NCBI RefSeq assembly: GCF_006345805.1 | Contig: NC_042997.1 | Coordinates: 155,620,001 to 155,684,000 of the forward strand | Source: Octopus sinensis | Lineage: Eukaryota | Length of the DNA stretch: 64,000 nt | Reading direction: 5' to 3' | In this document: positions 20,459-31,869 of the stretch, in pieces | How positions within the stretch are numbered: the first letter of the stretch is position 1 | Layout: each line of letters begins with the position of its first letter | The notes under the pieces: model-generated | Told to the model about the DNA's origin: nothing | The model's database searches: none | Seen by the model: the letters and a program-made list of their open reading frames with translations, nothing else | Made by a program: the position numbers and the translations under genes

Positions 20459-21069
20459 CTCTAACACAAGGCTAGACATATTGATAAAAGAGGATAATCG
20501 AGCTTATCGATCCAGTATCTGACTGGTTCTTTATTTTATGGACACCTAATGATATTCAACATAGCTACATTAGCCTTTTGTTAGTGCTCCCCATTAGCCT
20601 TTGTATCTAAATGACTCTTTCAAAAATGATTTCAAATTTTGGTACAAAACCAGATGACTTTCTTGATAACGCATGTTTTTTTAATGAAATTTTGTTGAAA
20701 TATATTTTCGAAAGTGTAGATTACGATTAATAAGGCTAATAAATTTTTTTTTAATATATTTATTATTTTATTCATTTATTTTATTTCGAAAGAAAAGTTC
20801 GTAGTTTTTTAATCATTCAACATTCATTGCCCGACAGTAAGGGGGAGAAAAAGAAGTAGGGGGAAATAACATTGTCCTATTTATATTAGTCAATGAAACT
20901 ATTTCACAGTTGAGTAGTTGACTTTCTGTACAAAGATCACGTGATTCAGCTGAGCATTGTATACAATAAGTTCATTATATATATTTAATTTTTTTTTAAT
21001 GATCTCATGGTGAAGGAGATCGATATCAATCGCCTGGTTTAACACCACCTTCCCGTTCTTGAGTGCCTT

Positions 21070-22110
21070 TAATAATAATAATGAAATTATTGTATACAGT
21101 GCTCAGGTGCATCACAACTTGTCAAAAGTATGTATAAAGCATATGCAGTAATGTACAAATGTCTGGGAAGTGAACAGTGTTTAAGTCAGATACATGCTTG
21201 CGTGTGTATGGAGGGGAGAAAATCAGGTGTAGTGTTGGTGAATCTCAGGAAGCATGAAAGTTTTGAAGGATGCAGTGCTCCGACAACTAACAGCTGATGC
21301 CGGCAGTTTGTTCCATACTTCAGCAACTCTTAGCAGGAAAAAATGATTCTGAAAGTCATGGGAGCTGTGCTCTTTTCTGACTTTGTAAACATGTCCATGG
21401 GTGTTAGACAGGTGGAGTTTGAAAAGGTGCTCAGGGTTATTGTTAGTAAGATGGTTAATAATTTTATGGATGTCTGCCAAGTCAGCTGCCAGACGTTGGA
21501 GTTTCAATGTATCCATGCACAGGGAAGTAAGGTGTTCAGACTGTGGTAAACGCCTGACGGAGGGTATTCTCTTGGTTGCACGTTGCTGAACGGTTTCCAT
21601 ACGATTAATATCCTGGGCAAGATAGGGGTTCCAGACTGGTGATGCAAATTCCAGGTGAGGCCGCACCATAGCTATATAAAGCTTCAGATTGATAACCGGA
21701 GAGCAGCTCACAAAGGACTTGGTAAGTGATGCCAAGACACTCTCAGCCTTTTTGGCAATTTTAGCAATGTGTTTTGTCCAACGCAAATCACTGTCAACAA
21801 TAATACCCAGGTCGCGTTCACAAGAAGACTTTTTTGAGATTAGTGTTGTGGAGGGAGTAAGTAGATGCTGGGTTTTTCCTCCCAAAATGCATTGTGGTAC
21901 ATTTGAGTTGCAAGTCCATGATCCACTGCTGCATTGTGTCTAGGTCTGATTGCAATAAAGATCTATATTGTACGGGATTTGTCCTCTTTATTTCGAAGTA
22001 CAGCTTGATGTCATCTGCATATTTCAGCACTGTGGCATTCTTTAAGTTGGCATTTATGTCATTAACATATGCAACAAATAAAAGGGGGCCAAGAACAGTT
22101 GTGTTCACTG
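21070..22110 (-). mobile_element. 5'-truncated CR1-clade LINE
   Basis: VLGPLLFVAYVND, KYADDIKL, ERDLGIIVD, VRPHLEFASPVWNP, VQQRATK, VWNKLP. The tail ends in (att)n at ~21070. Confidence 0.92.
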
Positions 22111-22199
22111 TTATCGTAGGCATTCAGGCCGAAACTCTTTTTCGGGAGTAAGATCATCCCTTTTCCCCGCCTATATCAAGGGACATGAATAAATGATTT

Positions 22200-22610
22200 A
22201 ATAAAGGAAATTGTTGTATACAGTGCTCAGGTGCACTATAACTAAAAGAAAATAAAAATAAAAAGCCATCAGGTGTACTATTGGTGGATTTCAGGGAGTA
22301 TGGAAGTTTTGAAGGATTTAGTGTCTCAACAGCTAACAATTGATGCGGGTAGTTTATTCCATGCTTCAGCAATTCTGATTGTGAAAAAATGTTTCCGAAA
22401 GTCATGGGGGTTGTGTTGTTTTTTGGTTTTATAAGCATATCCGCCAGTGTTTGTCATATGGAATTCAAAAAGGTGTCCAAGGTTGTTGTTGGAAAGATGG
22501 TGGATAATCTTGTGGGTGTCTACCAAGTCACTCGCCAGACGTCTCAGCTTCAATGCATCTGTAGGGAATATGACCGTACGTAAGGAGTTGGTGACAAATG
22601 TCTCCTTTAA
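22200..22610 (-). mobile_element. Second CR1 3' fragment
   Basis: RRLASDLVDTHKII..RKHFFTIRIAEAWNKLPASIVSC, and the same gagcactgtatacaa tail. Confidence 0.85.
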
Positions 22611-22612
22611 AA

Positions 22613-23528
22613 TGCTGCACGGTCACCCCTAACATAAGAAGCCAAATACATGATATAAAATACAATGCCAAAAGGAATAAATGAGGACGACAACTGTTCT
22701 ACTGTTTGAGAGAGAAGACTTTATTTACAATAGTGTACAATGAGAGTGTGTGAGTGCTAGCAAAGTGGAGTGTCTGTGTGCATGCAACAAGTGTGTGTGA
22801 CTGAAGGTGTAAGCGTATAAAACAGAATACAGAGCATAAGATCAGCATATTGAGTTAAGATGGAATTAGTTTACAGTTCGTAAGTGAGATGCAAAATAGC
22901 AATAGTTCTGTAACAAGATGTTGGGGTCACGAGGCAGAATGCCGGTTAGACACATGTCGTGTAGCAGTTGTGGCTTCGATGCTGTGCCGAGTCTCTTGAC
23001 ACAGGAAATTCTTTCAGGTAGACTGTAGCTGTTTACCTCGGTGAAATATTCACAACAGCGTGGATTTTAAACCTGAGTGAGTGCTGTGTACGTATTTGAA
23101 GTTGACAGTGGTAATGGCGACGGTGGTGGAGACATCCTACGCTGCTGGTGTATATTAGCATCGTCAAGGCTGGATCAAGAACATGGTTGGCTGACTGGTC
23201 GTCTGTTGCTAGAACTGGAACATGGCTGAGTCGCTCGGTGGTCAGAAGTTAGTCTTGAAAAGGACTGGAATCTAAGACCGGTGTTGCTTGAACATGGTTG
23301 AGTGCTCTGTGGTCAGTGACTAGACCTTAGAAGGTCTAGAGCCAAAGACCAGGAATAGTGAATGCTGGCGCCTTATAAAGCCTGGAGTAGGCTCAAACAA
23401 GGCCTAAGAAAAACAGTGTCATGAGACCCTATCCAAAGGCCGTGATTGGTTGGCTTACACACTGGCACGAAATAAGTCCAAAGACAAACTGCGCCAAATG
23501 CCAACCAATCAGAGCAGTGGACACAACA
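22613..23528 (-). mobile_element. Probable solo LTR
   Basis: Minus strand begins tgttgtgtcc and ends gtgcagca (TG...CA), with two CCAAT-like boxes, a tataag TATA-like box and a late aataaa. No matching TSD was found. Confidence 0.5.
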
Positions 23529-23859
23529 GGGTCCAACTAGCCAAAGATGGTTGTTATTTCACACGAGATCATTGCTAATATGTCTCTCAAACAGTGAGGA
23601 TATCAGTTACGCTACAACCTCAACAAAATCCAATCCACGCAACCCCTACAACTATATCTTTGATCATCCCCTACCCCAAAAATCCAAGCATATTTACAAC
23701 CCCCTTGTACACTACTACAATACCATCCTTTCCATTCAGCCCAGACAAATATCAAGAATCTCGCAGCTGGATGAAGCTCTCCAGCACTGGAAAGAATTGG
23801 GTTTGTCTGCTCCTGAGAAAGTGGAGGACTGTCAAAGTCAGAGAGCTTAGGACAATATA

Positions 23860-24534
23860 ATTTCGAAGGCCACCTTCGACTCCCTCTTCATCCTGTCAGA
23901 CCAGATTTCAAGGTGCTGCTTACTGTCTGCTAGCGCCAAATACTCAGTTGACTAGATTGATGCCATCCCTGTGGCTAATGTTGGTGGCCTACTCAGCTTG
24001 GATGAACTTTGTGTCTCCTCTGCCCTCAGAGTGGAAGCTGACGTATGCACAGGTTTGATCTGTCATTGTGGCAGGCTCCTCGACTCCACAGGCCTCCATC
24101 GACTTTCTTGTTGCGTAAATGCTGGTCACTTCATGATTCATACGGAGTTGAACCTGATATTCAAGAGGAGCTTGGCCTGGGCAAACAACCCCTCCATCTT
24201 GGTACCATCTGGATTGTCCAGATGTGATGGGAAGAGACCTGACGGTTCCTGGTCGCAAGGCAGATGCCATGTCTGGGATGTCGTGGTTAGTAACTTCTTT
24301 GCTTTTTCTCACATCCTGGATGCTGCGGTCAGAGCGAGATCCACAGCTTCTGCAGCTGAGTGGAACAAAATCCTGAAATACTGTGATCTGTCAACCAACT
24401 ACATCTTCCATTCTGTGGCATTCGAGACTTTTGATGGGGTCATACCTCTAACTGCGAGATTCCTGTCTTCTCTGGCAACTCGCCTTGCAAAGGTAACTGG
24501 TGAGGTTCATGAGGGAGCGTGTCCTGTAAGGTGA
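23860..24534 (+). mobile_element. 3' remnant of a CRE-like non-LTR retrotransposon (CCHC knuckle + restriction-like endonuclease)
   Basis: LLSASAKYS..IDAIPVAN..CHCG..H.LSC..H.ELN..RCDGKRPDG..WDV..AE..K..KY..VAFET. Confidence 0.85.
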
Positions 24535-25790
24535 AGAATGTGTTTGTGTAGTTGGTGTTTTGGTGAGTGGAAGTGGTGCCTGTGGGGATGGGGGTGACAG
24601 TGTTTGTGGAATGATGGGTGTGTCAGCAAGTGGCATAAATGTTTCGGAAAAGGCTTCTTTTTTTTAACTCTGTAGATAGAGACAGTCTCTTTTTTTCCGT
24701 GATGTAAGATGTGGAGTCCACATTTGGTAAGTCAACGGCCACAAACATTTGTCCAGGAAGTGCTAGAGTGGTGCCATACAGGAGCTCAGCAGAGGAGTAG
24801 CCTAAGTCCTCCTTGACAGCTGAGCGACATCCTAGCAGGACAATGGGGAGAAACTTGGACCAACAATGTGAGTAAGGAGCCGTGCGAATAGCAGCTTTGA
24901 GCTATCATTGGAATCTTTCCATCATTCCATTGGCAGTGGGATAGTAACTGGTAGTGTGGATGTGCTGAACTCCGAGCAATCTCAAAAGCTCACAGAACAG
25001 ACAAGCTTCAAATTGGCGTCCATGATCAGTAGCAATTCTAGAGGGCACTCCGAAGTGAGATATCCACCCAGAGATTAGTGCTCTGGAGACTGTTTCCACA
25101 GAAATGTCCATGAGAGGGATGGCAGCAGGCCATCTGGAGAAACGGTCGATGCAAGTCAATATATAAGTAAATCTGCAACTGACCGGCCAAGGACCAACCA
25201 GGTCGATATGTATGTGACGGGACCTGGTGTCCGGTGGCTGGAAATGTCCAAGAGGTGCTCTCACATGATGATGCACTTTGGAATGCTGACATGGTAGATA
25301 GGCAGATGACCAAGCAATAATAGACCGTCACATATTTGGCCAGAAGGAAAAGAAAAACTGCTCTGAAATTATAGAAAGTGATCTGTGTGATAACATGCTG
25401 TCGGTCCCAGCATACATCAAGTCATCTGTGTAAATCTCCAAAGCGATCTGTGATGTCAGCAGTCCGTTGATCATCTGCCCTCTAAGCTACGTGCCAAACA
25501 GTTTTCATAGGGAACCAGAAGCCTAATTTTAGAACATTCCACAAAACCCACATCACACTATAGCTTCACACTGATCAGTCAATTTATTGACCAATCACAT
25601 GAAACTGTGGTGTTTCACTCGTGGTTAGGTTTTGAATGCTTGCTACAGTAGCAACATCAATAATTTCTTTAGTCCCAAACATTCTGTTGTGGTGCACACC
25701 TTCACAGAAAGACATCAGCTGACGTATGCTAACAAAGGACACTTTACCCACTTCCACTGTGGACAGTGTCAAAACAAAGCTTCTGCGTAG
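24535..25790 (-). mobile_element. Gypsy/Ty3 LTR-retrotransposon pol remnant (integrase core)
   Basis: HIHIDLVGP..YILTCIDRFSRWPAAIPL..FGVPSRIATDHGRQF..TTSYYPTANGMMERF, followed by LPIVLLGCRSAVKEDLGYSSAELLYG. Confidence 0.9.
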
Positions 25791-26112
25791 TCACTCAGAT
25801 TTTCCTCAAATCGTATTATGCTACCTTTAAAAAGCAAAAGCACATTAGATAATGTAATCGTTAGATAATGCAATCATAAATATAGAAAATGGTGTGATTA
25901 GTAACAGCTGCTCGATTAGAGTTGATCTGGGATTAAATAGCAATAAATAGCAAATTGGAATAGGATAAGTAGTGGAAAAAACCATATCCATATTGCTTCA
26001 CTAGATTGCACAACAAATCTGTATATGTCGGAATGTATCTATCAGTTAAGCAGTGGCACTGAATTTTTGTGTATTATATTTGTAAATGAATAATCCCCCA
26101 TATAAATGTGTG

Positions 26113-26154
<42 letters not shown>

Positions 26155-26159
<5 letters not shown>

Positions 26160-26240
26160 TCACTGCCTGAAATCGAACTTGGAATCTTGGGGTTAGTAGC
26201 TCACGCTCTTAACCACTATGCCATATGCCCGTGGGCATAC
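26155..26240 (-). mobile_element. tRNA-like SINE head with (AAT)n tail at 26115-26154
   Basis: Minus strand ggcatatggcatagtggttaagagcgtgagct..ccaagttcgatttcaggcagtgacctgaataataat, with A and B boxes. Confidence 0.7.
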
Positions 26241-26293
26241 GGCAACATCGAAAATATCTTGGGAATGAGAATCCAGGTTCGAAATTTCCCCAA

Positions 26294-26339
26294 GACACCT
26301 GATGAAGGCTGAAGGGTATATCAGCCGAAACGTTGTGTT
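26294..26339 (+). ncRNA. Minimal type I hammerhead ribozyme
   Basis: gacac | CTGATGA(a) | ggctga-agggtata-tcagcc | GAAA | cg | T T^ | gtgtt. Helix I has 5 bp, helix II 6 bp, and helix III is the palindrome ACGT. Predicted cleavage after 26334. Confidence 0.8.
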
Positions 26340-27169
26340 AACAACAAACAAGATGAGGACAAATATCCGTCAAATGTAAATAATGTAAACAATGTACATA
26401 ATTCCTCATCTCTTAAATATAGAACTGTAATAAACAGATGTGTGAACAAGTTGAAGGACAGTAAAAAAAAGAAGTGTTGTTATCTAAAATGTTTATTTGC
26501 AATATAATAATTGTATTTAATGTAAGTATTGTGTTTATCAGTGTATGTGAGAATGTTTGATTGCTTTGTGACAGCTGTAACAATGTAGTTGAGCCAAAAA
26601 GTGTTTGTGTGTGACAGATAATCTTAGATTATACGGAAGTATCGATGATTGTGGAGAAAGAAGACTTTATCTGTTGAGAATAATTAACTACCATGGTGAT
26701 GAAGTAAAATCTTGCTTGTTGTGATGAAGTGACGACAGTGGCAGTGAAAGGGGGGAGTTGTTAATGTTTCGAGCATTGCTCTTTGTCGGATAGAAGAAAG
26801 TCCAAAAAGAACAGGGGAAAATATAGAAAAATCAGGTGAAATTGTCAACAACCCATGTGCGGTTACACACACACATCCAATAAGAAACCACTGCTAAGTT
26901 GATGACGGTGATGCAGTTGTTTGTATCCCCACCCTTGTTTGCTTATAGTGTGGAGTTATGAAACAGAGATCACGAAATATCGAGCTGAATTTATCCAACT
27001 GGAAGGTACACAAAAGCAAAATTAATTTTCTTTGTATCTAGTATAAATAAAATGTGATTGAAACAAACACAAGCATAACAAGATGCCGATGTCTTACTGG
27101 ATGAATAATCAGTCGGATCTTGTCTACATTTAACTTCAAATAATCATTTGACAGACTAGATGTATACTC

Positions 27170-27406
27170 TTTTGCTTCTTTCAGTCATTTGACTGTGGCC
27201 AAGCTGGAGCACCGACTTTAGTCGATTGAGCAAATCAACCCCAGGACTTATTCTTTGTAAGCCTAGTACTTATTCTATCGGTCTCTTTTGCCGAACCACT
27301 AAGTGACGGGGACGTAAACACACCACTATCAGTTGTCAAGTGATGTTGGGGGGGACAAACACAGACACACAAACATATACACACACACACATACACATAC
27401 ACACAT

Positions 27407-27439
<33 letters not shown>

Positions 27440-27610
27440 CATATATACGACGAGCTTCTTTCAGTTTCCGTCTACCAAATTCACTCACAAGGCTTTGGTC
27501 AGCCCAAGGCTATAGTAGAAGTCACTTGCCCAAGGTGCCATGCAATGGAACTGAACCCGGAACCATGTGGTTGGTAAGCAAGCTACTTACCACAGCCACT
27601 CCTACGCCTA
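27170..27610 (-). mobile_element. tRNA-derived SINE (third family, with internal CA/TA microsatellite)
   Basis: Minus head aggcgtaggagtggctgtggtaag..gggttcagttcc, then ccttgggcaagtg. Other copies at ~33440-33800, 46145-46540, 53100-53250 and 60430-60760. Confidence 0.85.
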
Positions 27611-28238
27611 TATCCATAGATCTCTTTCATCAAAGGCTGAGTTAAATTCCTTTATTAGTAACACCTTATTCACTTAGATTAAAAGTACCTTCTCAATGAC
27701 TCACCTCATCAGCTTCAGTGTTTTCTGTTAATAACTGCGAATCTTATCTATTCATATGTACCTGGCACAACTAAACATTTTAAAACTATATTGAATATAA
27801 TATTTTGTCTGCTACTAACATATATTGCCTTTTTTCTTGCATCTCTCTCTTCAGTCAATGAAAATCTTCATAGCATTAACTAATTTAAGATGTAGGGATT
27901 GCATTAGGAATCATGAGTAAGCCACCACAGTTTCACATGATTGATCCCTAAATCAACTAATCAGCGTGAAATGGTGACGTGATATGGCTCCTCAGATGAT
28001 CTAAAAATTGACCCCTTTTCACCCTATAAAAACTGTTTGGCACCTTACCCAACCAGACGGCCTCGGGCATTCGCACCGACCACCTCGGGCATTCGTGCAG
28101 ACCCCTTCGGGCATTCAAATAGACCACCTATAGAAAGAAACAACTTCGAACACTCACACGATATACCACCACTAGACTTCTACAGACACAGTGTGGTCCT
28201 CTTAACAGTCAACGCAGTAAACCATATCCAGCAACAAA

Positions 28239-28546
28239 TATCTTTATATATAAAACTGAAGTTGTGTGAGAGTCTGTCTCCTCCGATTTAGATTCCTAAC
28301 TACTCCCATATTTTGCGGTGCAGTTTAACTAAAAGTGGGTATCTTATAGTCGTGATTCATATCGAGCCCTTCTGGGTGTTAGCGCGCATCTACGATGAGT
28401 CTACGATTTAAAAAAAAAATTACCATCATTTTTTCGTTTTTTTAATGCATTTTTTGCTCGGTTTATATAAGAGAAGTAACTCTCTATTAATGCTTATATA
28501 GTTATTTTCCTTACAAACCCGAGCAACACCGGGCAATACTGCTAGT
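28239..28546 (+). mobile_element. Non-autonomous Helentron/Helitron-type element
   Basis: Starts tctttatatataaaac and ends cccgagcaacaccggg (hairpin) caatactgctagt. The 3' part is homologous to 3084-3467. Confidence 0.65.
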
Positions 28547-29073
28547 TCTAAATAAGAGTTCGTGAGTTGGTTCCTTTATTATAAATGCAACCAGCTAGAT
28601 CACATGACGATGGTCTTCTATAATACAATATACACCAGCAAGCAGCTCTACAACATCAGTGACCACACTCCTTCACAACAATGGTAACCAGGCAATCTCT
28701 CAACAAAGGGATCCAAAGAAGCTAATAACATTCTAACTTCTCACAAACACTCCCAACATCTGCATAGTTGTCCGACATGTTAGAAATAGTTACTGAATCT
28801 CCCTCAAAAGACAGCAAAAACTTCTAGTATAAAATAGAGCTCTCACAGAATATGTTAAGAGTTTTCATATCCAGTGGTTTCTTATTGTGCGTGTGTGTAA
28901 CCGCACATGGGTTGTTGACAATTTCACCTGATTTTTCCATATTTTCCCCTCTTTTTTTGGACTTTCTTCTATCTGACAAAGAGCAATGATCGAAACATTA
29001 ACAACTCTCTCCTTTCACAGAACATCAAATTAATATATTGCTTGTGTATGTCCTCAATTAACTATATATATAT

Positions 29074-29830
29074 AGTGGGCACGTAACAAACACCATCCGA
29101 TTGTGGCCGTTCGCCAGCCTCATCTGGCACCTGTGTTGGTGGCACATAAAAACACCATCCAAAGACCCGGCAAGACTAGTCAGGCCATAACCCGTGGCCC
29201 CTACCTGGGACGTAGTCAGTCCACCTGTGCATACCTTCCTTCTTATGACACTTGTGAAGACCTGTTGAGGCAAGTATGTGACACTTGTGAAGACCTGTTG
29301 AGGCAAGTGTGTGACAGTTGTGAAGACCTGTTGAGGCAAGTGAAAATCAAACCAAATCAAAATAGATGAACATCAATGGAATTTGTATCTTTGTGGTACC
29401 AGTGCCGGTGGCACACAAGAGAACCATCCGAACGTGGCCGTAGCCAGTACCGCGTCGACTGGCCTCCGTGCTGTGGGCACATAACAAACACCATCCGATC
29501 GTGGCCGTTCGCCAGCCTCATCTGGCACTTGTGTCGGTGGCACATAAAAACACCATCCGAGCGTGGCCGTCTGCCAGCCTCGTCTGGCACCTGTGTCGGT
29601 GGCACATAAAAAACACCATCCGAGCATGGCCGTTCGCCAGCCTCGTCTGGCACCTGTGTCGGTGGCACATAAAATCACCCACTACACTCTCGGAGTGGTT
29701 GGCGTTAGGAAGGGCATCCAGCTGTAGAAACACTGCCAGATTTGACTGGCCTGGTGCAGCCTTCGGGCTCCCCAGACTCCAGTTGAACTGTCCAACCCAT
29801 GCTAGCATGGAAAGCGGATGTTAAATGAGG
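29074..29830 (+). mobile_element. 5'-truncated copy of the 9.4-13.3 kb RTE (3' UTR only) with rearranged 5' end
   Basis: Near identity to 12705-13320, a triplicated gtgacacttgtgaagacctgttgaggcaagt unit, and three ~63-bp repeats. Confidence 0.9.
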
Positions 29831-30060
29831 ATATATGCATATATATCATCAGTGTGTCATATATCCGAAAAAGAAGCACACTCCAAAGCATAGGATAGTA
29901 ATATATTTATTAGTAGTTAGGTCTATGGCCGGTCACAGTGTGATCAATGGTTTCGCATCCACAAAAGTCTTAGCTGCATGAAGGTCTCGTCAAACTTTAA
30001 AACCAAAGACAAATGTATATACCAGAGTATATACATACGTACGTACGTATGTATGTATGT

Positions 30061-31156
30061 GCCAAATATCTATGTGAATGGTAAACGACTTGATGTAGTC
30101 GATCAGTTTGTCTACCTGGGAAGCACTATTAATAGATATGGCAATTTGGATGATGAAATTCCATATAGAATTAGGAAAGCAAGTGTTGCTTTCAGAAGGC
30201 TAGAAAAGTGCCTCTGGAGTCGGCGAGACATATGCAGAAAGACAAAGATAAAGGTGTACAAGGCATGTGTGCTCCCTTTTCTTCTCTATGCCTGCGAGAC
30301 ATGGGTCACATATTGATACCACCTTAAACAACTGGAACGTTTCCATCAGATGTGCCTCAGACGGATCTATAGCATTAAGTGGAAGGACCGCATCAGTGAT
30401 CTTGAAATACTTGAAGGCTCTCGGGGTGAAAGTATAGAAGTTCTTGTGTTAAAGCAAAGGCTCAGATGGAGTGGTCATCTGGTCAGAATGAAGGATTCAA
30501 GGATGCCAAAACAACTCTTTTATGGAGAGTTAGCTAAAGGAGAACGACCTCCACATAAACCAAAAAAGAGATATAAGGACTTGCTGAAGGCTTCCTTAAG
30601 AGATGCTCGCATCTCTCCTGACACATGGGAAGGCATAGCTATTGATCGTAGCAGGTGGAGAAGGATTGTGCATGAGGGGACAGCCACGTTTGAGAAATCT
30701 TGAGTTACACATGAGAAAGTAAGGAGGGACGTCAGGAAGGGCATCGCTGTTACACTTCCAGAAGGGAAGGGTCTTCCTTTGATTCTGACATGCAATGTCT
30801 GTGCAAGACCCTGCCTCAGTAAAGCTGGACTCATGAGTCATCTTCGTAGTCATAAAACGAGACAGATGAGTGACAACCTGGCCACTGGTGGTGGTGTAAC
30901 ACACCATACTAATCATATCTGTCGGGAATGTGGAAGAGAGTGTAATTCGGCAGGAGGACTTAAACGACATGCAAAGGTACATGAAGCCCAGTTACAACTA
31001 CAGCCGGCTATTACCAGTAAAGGTTTTAATTGCCAATTTTGTACAAGATATTGTAGATCTTTAGCTGGGCTAAAAAGTCACATTCGATCACAGCACCAGT
31101 AACAGTTAAGCTTCGTGCAATGGCCATACTCGATAACGAGGGGGCAGCCATAATAA
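30061..31156 (+). mobile_element. 5'-truncated RTE LINE (third RTE family) with three C-terminal C2H2 zinc fingers
   Basis: FVYLGS, LLYACETW, RLRWSGHL, MPKQLFYGEL in one frame with two TGA stops (30314-30316, 30701-30703). Fingers CNVC..H..H, CREC..H..H and CQFC..H...H. 3' UTR stem ctcg-ataa-cgag. Confidence 0.92.
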
Positions 31157-31204
31157 TGTATGTATGTATATATGTACGTATGTATATACTCTGGTATATA
31201 CATT

Positions 31205-31270
<66 letters not shown>

Positions 31271-31289
31271 TAATGTGTGTGTGTCTTCT

Positions 31290-31810
31290 ATTTTTTAATT
31301 ATTATAAATCTTCCACTGAGGAGGGACCCGGTTTCCAACAAAGATACAAGGCTCCATCTTTGAGATGTAGTTAACACAAATTCACATTTGGAACTTGAGA
31401 AAAGCGTTGCATATTTTTACTGTTCCACTCACAGATTGCACTTGTAATGTACAAATTAGCCGGTTGATATCTGTTTCTATAAGTCCCAGTTTATCCAGAT
31501 TCTCCTTTAAGCTTTTACTTACAAAACCTAGTGCTTCAATTATTATTGGTATGAATATGAATTCATTGTTTGGATATAGAAGCTGGAGGTTTCGAAACAG
31601 ATGTCCATACATATCCTCTTTTTCTTTGGTTTTCAAAGAGATATTTATATCTGCAGAGCAGCTGACCTCTATGATGGTACATACCTTTGCCTCTATGTCC
31701 CAAACAATAATATCTGGCCTGTTATGTTTACATTTAACAGTAGATTTAATGGGAAAATTCCACCAGTATTCCTTGAGTTGGTGTTTATTAATGTATTCCA
31801 TAACAGAGGG
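31290..31810 (-). mobile_element. 3' remnant of a restriction-like-endonuclease LINE (R4/NeSL-like)
   Basis: HNRPDIIVWD..CTIIEVSC..KEKEDMY..FIPIIIEALG, i.e. PD-(D/E)xK motifs. Confidence 0.8.
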
Positions 31811-31869
31811 ATTTTCTAAGTTTATTTCAGGACAGTCTTTTTTTTTTTTTTTGCGTATTGCACACGTAT

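Noticed and set aside
26475-26737. Possible short solo LTR (minus strand TGTCGTC...ATAACA with aataaa)
   Set aside because: No matching TSD and ambiguous boundaries, so it was left uncalled.
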